Part shown: piece by piece, positions 1 through 7,600 of the stretch
Layout: the number at the start of each line of letters is the position of its first letter
How positions within the stretch are numbered: position 1 is the first letter of the stretch
NCBI GenBank assembly: GCA_963667845.2
Contig: CAXXVL010000001.1
Location: 256,001-320,000, forward strand
Origin: Smithellaceae bacterium
GTDB taxonomy: Bacteria > Desulfobacterota > Syntrophia > Syntrophales > Smithellaceae
Direction of reading: 5' to 3'
DNA: 64,000 bases
Notes under the pieces: generated by a model
Seen by the model: the letters and a program-made list of their open reading frames with translations, nothing else
Told to the model about the DNA's origin: nothing
The model's database searches: none
Position numbers and translations under genes: made by a program

Positions 1-138
1 GATTCCGAATTCATTCAGCATCGGCTTGAAGAAGACACCGAAGCTGTATTGTGCTCCCCAAACAATCATCAGGATCAGGAAACTGAACAATACGATGATG
101 TATCCATAGAAGAGTCCAGGCTTGTTTATTTCAGAAAT
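1..138 (-). CDS. MFS transporter, N-terminal part (runs off window edge)
   Basis: Manual minus-strand translation ISEINKPGLFYGYIIVLFSFLILMIVWGAQYSFGVFFKPMLNEFGI resembles MFS TM1 (YGY..V...YSFGVFFKP..EFG). AAGGAG lies 7 nt upstream of an ATT codon at 138. Confidence 0.7.
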   Translation of the reverse strand, partial: MSEINKPGLFYGYIIVLFSFLILMIVWGAQYSFGVFFKPMLNEFGI

Positions 139-492
139 TGCGAATCTCCTTTACCTTCCACTTAAGACAAGCCTTTCAAAATTGCATTCTTTCAGAAATA
201 TCAAGTCCTAAAGTGATGATCGGTCAGCATTTATTTTTATGCTTAAGCGTAAGACAATCCGGCATCCAATGTCAATGAAATAATACTAAATAAACTAAAA
301 GAACAAAGGGCTGCTGCTGACTTATTAACTTCTTCATTTAAAATACCTTAAAACACTTACCAGCTGCAGCGTTCCGGCAGATTGATATTTTTTTTAAACC
401 GTCTTTTTTGTTTTCAGGGATAGGCCCGGACGCGCCGGGGTACATTCCGGTGTGGAGAGTGGGTGCCCTGAAACCGCAAGTATATTGTAAAT

Positions 493-522
493 AAGAAGCC
501 GGAAGCAGCTTTCCGGCTTCTT
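493..522. terminator. Bidirectional terminator-like hairpin
   Basis: AAGAAGCCGGAA / TTCCGGCTTCTT perfect 12-bp inverted repeat, 6-nt loop. Confidence 0.5.
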
Positions 523-720
523 GCATCTCAATTCATGTACGGTTTGTTTTCAAATCAGTTCAGTACTCTTATTAACATTCCCTTTGATTTACTGAAACCC
601 GACGTGATAGATTACAACCATACGTTAATGGCGAAGGAGGGCGCGGATACAGTGGCGTCCGGTTTAAAATATCCCGGAGTGAGCCGCTCATGCGGTTCTG
701 GTCAAGTGCGGCGCGTAACA

Positions 721-821
721 ATCAACCACCTCGCAGCAAGCTGTCGAGGCATGAAATGAACGTCATCACCTCGCAGCAAGCTGCGGAGAATTAACGCCCG
801 TCCCGCGTGAGCGGGATTAAA
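721..821 (+). repeat. 101-bp three-hairpin dispersed element, copy 1
   Basis: ATCAACCACCTCGCAGCAAGCTGTCGAGGCATGAAATGAACGTCAT...GAATTAACGCCCGTCCCGCGTGAGCGGGATTAAA, shared with six other loci. Confidence 0.95.
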
Positions 822-857
822 GCGCAATCCATCTGGAAGCAAAAGGAGAAACACATC

Positions 858-1730
858 ATGCAGTGGAAGACAAAAATAACAGAATTACTTGGCTGTCGAT
901 ATCCGATTTTGCAGGGGGCCATGGAAAGGATCGGAACATGGTCATTTGCCGCCAGTGTGGCCCAGGCGGGCGCCCACGGAACGATTACCGCGTCGATATC
1001 CAGGACCCCCGAAAAGCTGCGGGACGATATCAGAAGATGCAAAGACGCCACCAGCGGATCGTTCGGCGTGAATCTGAGCATCGGCATCTGTCCGCAAATA
1101 GACAAGATGTTGGAGGTCTGCATTGAAGAGAAGGTGCCGCTGGAGACATCCGTTTATAAACCCGATGCGTTGGCGCCGCGAATCAAGGAAGCGGGATTGC
1201 CATGGATTCACAAATCGGCCCGGGTCAAGGACGCCATCCATGCACAGGATTTGGGCGTGGATGCCATCATCCTGGTAGGATCAGAAGGGGCCGGAATTAA
1301 AAATCCCGAACAGTTGCCCACCATGACGACGATCCTCTGGGGGGTCCGAAAGCTCACCGTTCCCGTTATCGCCGCGGGGGGAATCGGGGACGCCCGCGGC
1401 CTGCTGGGGGCTCTTGCGCTTGGGGCCGAGGGGGTGACAATGGGCAGCGCCTTCATGACCACTGCCGAATGCCCGATCAGTGATAAATTCAAGGAAAGAA
1501 TGCTGGGACTCGGTCTGGATCAGCCCGAGTTCCGGAAACGCGTTCTGACGCCGGTGCCTTTTGACCGGAACGCCGCTCAGCGACCGGCCCCCGAGGATGT
1601 GGACTGGAGCGAAGCCGCATCATTTTCGGTGACGGGAATTGATCGCGTCGTCAGCGTGAAAGCGCTGATCCAGCGTATCACGGAGGATGCGGAAGAGCTG
1701 GTGAACGGATGGCAGTTTTTAAAGAAATGA
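858..1730 (+). CDS. Nitronate monooxygenase / FabK-like flavin oxidoreductase
   Basis: YPILQGAM, FGVNL, VGSEGAG, PVIAAGGIGDARG and GAEGVTMGSAF motifs. Start moved to ATG 858 behind AAGGAG. Confidence 0.85.
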   Translation: MQWKTKITELLGCRYPILQGAMERIGTWSFAASVAQAGAHGTITASISRTPEKLRDDIRRCKDATSGSFGVNLSIGICPQIDKMLEVCIEEKVPLETSVYKPDALAPRIKEAGLPWIHKSARVKDAIHAQDLGVDAIILVGSEGAGIKNPEQLPTMTTILWGVRKLTVPVIAAGGIGDARGLLGALALGAEGVTMGSAFMTTAECPISDKFKERMLGLGLDQPEFRKRVLTPVPFDRNAAQRPAPEDVDWSEAASFSVTGIDRVVSVKALIQRITEDAEELVNGWQFLKK

Positions 1731-1796
1731 TCTGAACATAAATACGGTCTGATCGCGGAATTAAAGAATTATGAAAGCAAAGGAGGGGAGGGCTTT

Positions 1797-2771
1797 ATGA
1801 GAAAGACATTGATTATTCTGGTTGTCGGTATTTCGCTTTTCCTTTCGCAATCGGTATCCGCGCAGTATGCGGGGCGCACCGAAGTGTATCCGCTGCAAAG
1901 CATGACGCTGTCCACCACCCAGTTTCTCACCGGCCAGACGAACGGTAAGCCGGTCACGATTGCCGGAGAGCTGCGCTTCCCGGTCGGCAAGCCCGGGACA
2001 AACTTTCCGGCTGTGATTCTCGTTCATGGATCGTCCGGCATCATCATGAATTACGACCGCTGGGCGCATGAACTTACTTCCATCGGTGTTGCAGTGTTTC
2101 TCCTCGATTCGTTCAGCGGCCGCGGCATTTCCAGCACGAGCACCGACCAGGGCCAGCTCGACCACCTGGCGATGCTCTATGACGCTTATCGAGCGCTCGA
2201 CCTGCTTGCCTCCCACCGGCAGATCGATCCGCAGCGAATAGGCATCCTCGGCTTTTCCAAAGGCGGCGTCGCCGGACTTTACGCAGCAGTGGACCGTTTC
2301 AACGCCTCCTACGGCAGCAAGAAAGCCCGCTTTGCCCTCTATATGGCTGTCTACCCGCCGTGCTACGAATATAAAGACGAATTGAAGGTGGATAAAAAGC
2401 CCATCATTGTCTTTCACGGAATCGCCGACGACTATGTCCCGATGGCGCCCTGCCTCGAATATATCAATCGTCTCCGGGCCGCTGGCTTTAACGCCAAATT
2501 GTATGGATACCCCGACGCCTATCACGGATTCGATTTTGAATTGCTGCCGGAAAAGTTATATTTGCCTACCGTGCAGCAGGCGGTAAAATGCAAGATCAAG
2601 GAAGGCGAAAACGGTGTACCGATCAATGTCGAAACAGGCAAGGCATTCAGCCTTCAGGATACCTGTTCAGGGCTTGGGGCAACGGTGGGCTATAACAAAG
2701 AGGCACATCTGAAAGCCATCGAGGATTTAAAGCGCGAAGTAAAGTCTGCCTTTAAGATTGGAGATAAATAG
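1797..2771 (+). CDS. Secreted dienelactone hydrolase-family alpha/beta hydrolase
   Basis: Signal peptide, VILVHGSSG, nucleophile elbow GFSKGG, FHGIADD, AYHGFD. Confidence 0.85.
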   Translation: MRKTLIILVVGISLFLSQSVSAQYAGRTEVYPLQSMTLSTTQFLTGQTNGKPVTIAGELRFPVGKPGTNFPAVILVHGSSGIIMNYDRWAHELTSIGVAVFLLDSFSGRGISSTSTDQGQLDHLAMLYDAYRALDLLASHRQIDPQRIGILGFSKGGVAGLYAAVDRFNASYGSKKARFALYMAVYPPCYEYKDELKVDKKPIIVFHGIADDYVPMAPCLEYINRLRAAGFNAKLYGYPDAYHGFDFELLPEKLYLPTVQQAVKCKIKEGENGVPINVETGKAFSLQDTCSGLGATVGYNKEAHLKAIEDLKREVKSAFKIGDK

Positions 2772-2822
2772 GTACATTCAACTTGAGCGAGACAGATGGC
2801 GAACAGAGAGATATCCTAATAA

Positions 2823-2897
2823 TGTTCCTGTCAAGAGAAAACCGCATTTTTAAAAATGCAATAATCTCGGTTAAGTAAAATTTACTCCTTCTTTAAA
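2823..2897. repeat. ~75-bp intergenic repeat B, copy 1
   Basis: Similar to 5344-5420. Contains the palindrome GCATTTTTAAAAATGC and ATCTCGGTTAAGTA. Confidence 0.8.
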
Positions 2898-3275
2898 TGC
2901 ACATCCGCCTTTCGTCTGCGAAGCAGACGTGCTGGTTTAGTTCCCTGTTGCTCACCGTGGTTGGATTTTATCACCGTTTAAGCGGGATACTTCGCCTGGC
3001 AAATTTTGAGCGCGCTTTTGCTTTTGAAATTTGATTCTCATTAAATCTCATCGTTATCAGTATCCGGCATTTGCCGCTGGAGAACAGAGATTTTCCGGTG
3101 AAACATCGCATGGCATGAAAAAACAGTAATCTGAGGTCAGGTAACTGTCACATAACAAATAAATTAAGAATCAGGTCTGGAATAATTACGGATTTTAAGG
3201 TAAGGTAAATATACGACTGCACTTGTATTAAGCTAGAAATTACCGTGTTTATCTGTGTCCATAAGGAATATTGTC

Positions 3276-3695
3276 ATGGATGTATCCAGATATGAAGTAA
3301 ATCGGCAATTAAGAATGTTATTAAATAAATATGGTATCGACCTTGCCACAGTCGACTACTCTTGTATTGGGAGTACAGTATATCTCTCCGGCGAACTGCT
3401 CAAAACTGACGGAGATGAAATTACTCCGGCTGTAATTGAAAGCCTGTTTAAGGAAATTGCCCGGATATCGGGTGTGCGGTACGTGGAGCCCGATTTACAG
3501 AACTGGAACATCAGTGCTGATGAGTATTCATGGCAAATCACAAAGAGCAAAAAGAAATCGCGCGAAATAAGCATTCCAGTCACCAAGTACGGCGGTACTG
3601 CCGAGGAGGCTAAGGATGTCTACATTGAGACTAGCGAGCAGATTGAAGATGTTCTGAAAGATATACAAGAAAACCTCGAGCAGAAAGACCGGTGA
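3276..3695 (+). CDS. Hypothetical protein
   Basis: 140-aa ORF with globular composition. Start at ATG 3276 behind AAGGA (GTG 3255 is an alternative). Confidence 0.65.
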   Translation: MDVSRYEVNRQLRMLLNKYGIDLATVDYSCIGSTVYLSGELLKTDGDEITPAVIESLFKEIARISGVRYVEPDLQNWNISADEYSWQITKSKKKSREISIPVTKYGGTAEEAKDVYIETSEQIEDVLKDIQENLEQKDR

Positions 3696-3869
3696 ATTGC
3701 AGTTCAAGATGGACCACGTTTAGCCAAAAAAAGACGTTATGGTGTGCCTGGTAGCTGAGGCACCTGCAAGTTGAATGTACCCGGGGCCTAAGGCGGTCTT
3801 TCCGTCTTCCCGAACTTTAAAAAGTTACGCATCCTGCGCTGAAAATTCTTGAATAATTGTCAAACCGAT

Positions 3870-3903
3870 GTTACAAGCAACGCACAAGTGCGTTACTTGT
3901 AAC
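3870..3903. promoter_or_regulatory. 34-bp palindrome, candidate operator
   Basis: GTTACAAGCAACGCAC-AA-GTGCGTTACTTGTAAC, 15/16 paired, directly before the next ORF. Confidence 0.55.
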
Positions 3904-3914
3904 GGGTGAATAAC

Positions 3915-4397
3915 ATGAAAAAACAATCAGATAGGATAAAAGACTGGCGTGAGAGGCAAAAAGCTGAAGGGAAGAGCTCCATTACCGTTCTTCTTTCTCA
4001 GGAAGCTCGATCATTCCTCACCGAGGAGAAGGAAAAAACCGGGGAAAGTTATGCCGTCATAGTCGAAAAAGCGCTGCAAACTCTAAAAAAACATGGCTAC
4101 AGGCGGCCCGCCTTGAAGTATTTTCCCAACCGGGAGGAGACCCCGGAGAGAATATCCCCAAGGGATCATCAACCATCTGTCATCCCCAAAATAAGTCAAG
4201 AAAGCGGAGCGCAATCGAAGATCCTGATCGATGATCTTGCAAACTATCCAAGGATCGAGGACATCAAGCGCGAACAGGCTGAGAAAAGGAAGAACGGTCT
4301 TCAGGATTTGAACTTCAACGAAGGACTGTTTGCCCGGTTGCTTCGCTCCTCGGCAGGCATCATCGGCATCCGCCCTGATCGAAAAAGATTCAAATAG
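3915..4397 (+). CDS. Hypothetical protein with ribbon-helix-helix-like N-terminus
   Basis: RERQKAEGKSSITVLLSQEARSFL...SYAVIVEKAL reads as a beta strand followed by two helices (inference). Confidence 0.55.
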   Translation: MKKQSDRIKDWRERQKAEGKSSITVLLSQEARSFLTEEKEKTGESYAVIVEKALQTLKKHGYRRPALKYFPNREETPERISPRDHQPSVIPKISQESGAQSKILIDDLANYPRIEDIKREQAEKRKNGLQDLNFNEGLFARLLRSSAGIIGIRPDRKRFK

Positions 4398-4449
4398 CCA
4401 CTGCGCTATGGCCAGGCATCTGCGAATAAGTTACCGTCCCGGTTATGTT

Positions 4450-4561
4450 CCGCTCGTTCAATCATTTCGATTGAACTGTTAATGCCATGGGGCAACGGAA
4501 AAACCCGGAATGCCGCAAAACCGGTTGGTGCAATTGCTGAACCGGCCGCAATCGGCGATTA
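4450..4561. repeat. 112-bp intergenic repeat C, copy 1
   Basis: 100/112 identical to 14752-14863 by manual alignment. Confidence 0.9.
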
Positions 4562-4647
4562 CCCATGCCTGCCTGCGGGGGATAGTGAATTGATAATTTG
4601 AAGTCCCTTTGTCCTTTCAAACCGGCTGTATGCACTCTTGAATGATA

Positions 4648-5129
4648 TTACAACTCGGCATCCCATGGCGATAAAACCTTGCGAAATGCGACATTCTGAA
4701 CCAAATCCAAATGATCAGAATATAAATGTTTTTCTGAGTAAGTCATCATAATCATCAAAGACGGCTGAATGATGATCGTCCTGACATTATGCATAAGTGC
4801 AAAATTCTTATACGGATTGGGGTTTCGCCCAGATATTTTTCCCAAAAAATTTTATTTTCATTTAATTGAGGATGCCCCGAAGCAGTTGCCATACCTTGTA
4901 TCTGAAGATTGTCGATGCAAAGAGATACAAGCGAATTCTTTTTTATATGTTCCATTTTTACCGTATTTTCCCATGTGACAAAGCCAATTGCTAATTCGAT
5001 ATTAGCATAATCTACGACTCGCACCCTGACCTGGTCATTGAACGCCGTAGCAACGGAAATATATTTATTTTTGTCCAAAATTTTCAGACAACGGTCCTTG
5101 AGCTTTATAAAATCCAATGCCTCTTTCAT
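4648..5129 (-). pseudogene. Pyridoxamine 5'-phosphate oxidase-like FMN-binding protein, frameshifted
   Basis: ORF 4755..5129 (SVATAFNDQVRVRVVDY...KMEHIKKNSLVSLCIDNLQIQGMA) continues plausibly only in the overlapping frame 4648..4845 (NPNPYKNF...IIIQP). Break lies near 4825-4845. Confidence 0.6.
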
Positions 5130-5174
5130 AAACTTTCACCTTTCTCCCGATCTAAGATATAAAGCCTGCGAATA

Positions 5175-5275
5175 ATCAACAACCTCGCAGCAAGCTGTCG
5201 ATGTATGAAATGAACGTCATTATATCGCAGCAAGTTACGGAGAATTAACGCTCGTCCCGCGTGAGCGGGATTAAA
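5175..5275 (+). repeat. 101-bp three-hairpin dispersed element, copy 2
   Basis: Colinear with 721-821. Confidence 0.95.
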
Positions 5276-5343
5276 TGCTTCAGGTTGAAGTCTATCTGAA
5301 GCATTTTGCCTCGTCAATAATCAAACAAAGGGACATCTTATAT

Positions 5344-5420
5344 TGTTCCTATCAAGAGGAGAACTGCATCTTTATAAATGCAATGATCTCGGTTAAGTAG
5401 AAGTCACTTCTTTTTCAAAA
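5344..5420. repeat. ~75-bp intergenic repeat B, copy 2
   Basis: Similar to 2823-2897. Confidence 0.8.
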
Positions 5421-5753
5421 GTGTTCCTCTTTATAACCCCTCCACGATTTGGGTATTTTCGTTGTTCTGCATGCCCGGCATATCGATACTTATTGAAAAA
5501 GTGTTTAACATTTACTCCCCGGCGGAGTAAAATCCGAACCATGATGTTTCTATTGCACAAGCGGGATCTTCTTACATGAAGGAACAAGCGAATCGGTGAA
5601 CGTGCCTCGGTGGGCGTCAGCGCTGTTCTGATCCGATGCTGAAAAGGGAACACCAGTGAAAACAGGATTGGCTCCCGGGAGGCGGTGGAGTTCCGGACTT
5701 GGCGCACATCCAGGTCCCGGAGACGGGTTTGACTATCTGAGACGGAGCGCTTA

Positions 5754-7199
5754 ATGAAAACCAACAAGCAATCACAACGTGATGAACGTTTTGCCCTGGT
5801 GCCGCTGCGTGAGCTTGCCGATCAGGCCTTCTCACGCGCGGCGGGTGCAAATTTGATCGGCGGCAATCACGTGCGTTTGCTTAAAGATGCGAAGGAAAAT
5901 TATCCGGCCTGGCTAAGAGCAATCCATGCGGCCAAAAAAAATATCCACTTCGAGAACTATATCTTTTGCGATGACAAGACGGGCCGCGAGTTTGCAGAGG
6001 CTCTGATCGCCAGGGCGCAAGAAGGTGTTATCGTCCGTCTCATATACGATTGGCTGGGATGTCTGGGCCAGGCCTCGCGCCGGTTTTGGAACGGCCTGCG
6101 AGCAGGCGGCGTGGACGTCCGATGCTACAATCCCCCGCGGTTGGACAGACCGCTCGGATGGATCTCACGCGACCACCGGAAGACGTTAACGGTGGATGGC
6201 GAAATCGCGTTCGTCACCGGTTTATGCGTGGGCCAAAAGTGGCGCGGTGATCCCCAACGCAAGATCGAGCCCTGGCGCGATACCGGCGTTGAGATCCGCG
6301 GCCCTGCGGTCACGGAAGTGGAGCAGGCCTTCGCGCGGATGTGGGCCTTGACGGGCGAGCCGCTTCCCGCCGCTGCGCTTTCCGTCAAGACGCAGCCCGC
6401 GGGCAGGACGAATCTGCGCATCGTCGCAACCGAGCCGGCAACGGCGGGCATGATGCGTTTGGACCAGCTCATCGCTGCCATGGGGCGCAAAAGGCTGTGG
6501 TTGACCGACGCCTACTACGCCGGCACGGCCACTTACATGGAAGCCTTGCGGGCCGCTGCCAAAGACGGCGTCGATGTCCGCCTGCTGCTGCCGAGCACAA
6601 CGGATGTTCCCTTGATGCGGCCGCTGTCGCGTGCAGGCTATCGGCCGCTGCTGGAAGCGGGTGTGCGCGTGTTCGAGTGGAACGGGACGATGCTGCACGC
6701 CAAAACGGCTGTTGCGGACGGAACCTGGGCCCGCGTCGGATCAACCAATTTGAATATCACCAGCTGGATAGGAAACTGCGAACTGGATGCGGTCATCGAA
6801 GATGCATCATTCGCTGCCGAAATGGAAGAGATGTATAAGCGGGATCTTGACCACGCAACGGAAATCGTTCTCGATCGGCGCCAGCGCCCGCAAGCAGCTG
6901 TCGGGTCCCGCCGCAAGCGCGCTAAGGCCGGCGGCAGCGCCAGCCGTGCCGCGACCGGAGCAGTGAGAATCGGGCACACCCTCGGCGCGACCCTGATCAA
7001 TCGCCGGGTACTGAACCCGATGGGCGCCCGTCTTACAGCCGTCACCGGTCTGGTGCTGTGCGCTTTGGCGGTGCTGTTCGGGCTGTTTCCCAAGGCCCTG
7101 GCCTATCCACTGGTCGCTCTGGGCGCCTGGGGAGGCCTCACCCTGCTTTATCGGGGGTATCAGCTGGCCAGACAGCGCAAGATGAATAAGCGTGAATGA
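5754..7199 (+). CDS. cls: Cardiolipin synthase / phospholipase D family
   Basis: Two HKD motifs (HRKTLTVD, HAKTAVAD), WRDTGV, GSTNL and two C-terminal TM helices. Confidence 0.9.
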   Translation: MKTNKQSQRDERFALVPLRELADQAFSRAAGANLIGGNHVRLLKDAKENYPAWLRAIHAAKKNIHFENYIFCDDKTGREFAEALIARAQEGVIVRLIYDWLGCLGQASRRFWNGLRAGGVDVRCYNPPRLDRPLGWISRDHRKTLTVDGEIAFVTGLCVGQKWRGDPQRKIEPWRDTGVEIRGPAVTEVEQAFARMWALTGEPLPAAALSVKTQPAGRTNLRIVATEPATAGMMRLDQLIAAMGRKRLWLTDAYYAGTATYMEALRAAAKDGVDVRLLLPSTTDVPLMRPLSRAGYRPLLEAGVRVFEWNGTMLHAKTAVADGTWARVGSTNLNITSWIGNCELDAVIEDASFAAEMEEMYKRDLDHATEIVLDRRQRPQAAVGSRRKRAKAGGSASRAATGAVRIGHTLGATLINRRVLNPMGARLTAVTGLVLCALAVLFGLFPKALAYPLVALGAWGGLTLLYRGYQLARQRKMNKRE

Positions 7200-7600
7200 A
7201 GCGTGCCTCTGTTTACGCGTGCCGCCTTCAGGTGTCAGGTTAACGGGGTGAATCCGGTGTCTATCATGTGGAACCATAGGGAGATCAATCTCCGTATCTC
7301 AACACTTGAAACTTAAATCGCAAAACTTAACACCGAGTCTTTTAATCGTTTATTTCTTGCATTGTAGTTCTGAAGTAGTATCATTCGCGTCGCATCACAT
7401 ACCAAGCACAATTAAATATTTATCAAATGTAATCGGAGGCTGAATACTTATACTAAAACGGACGGTTGTTCATGCCCGGTAATTGGGCAACTATTCTGGC
7501 ATAGTGCGAAAAGAACGAAGCCTGGTGAAACACGGGCGGCAGGCCATAATAAAGCGCTGGGTCCCGATCTTAGAAGAATTTGAAAACCGGAGTACATCGA

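Noticed and set aside
420..3795. Shared words GGCACC, GAATGTACCC and GGGCCTA between 420-480 (minus) and 3758-3790 (plus)
   Set aside because: Spacing differs and the matches are too short to separate from chance.
5636..5700. AAAAGGGAACACCAGTGAAAA resembling a cobalamin riboswitch core
   Set aside because: No GCCCCCGCAACTGT-like segment or B12 box follows, and the downstream cls gene is not a plausible target.
7470..7510. AATTGGGCA..TAGTGC resembling a c-di-GMP-II riboswitch
   Set aside because: The 5' GGAAAC and 3' GTGCAACC elements are missing, and a simple TGCCC/GGGCA hairpin explains it.
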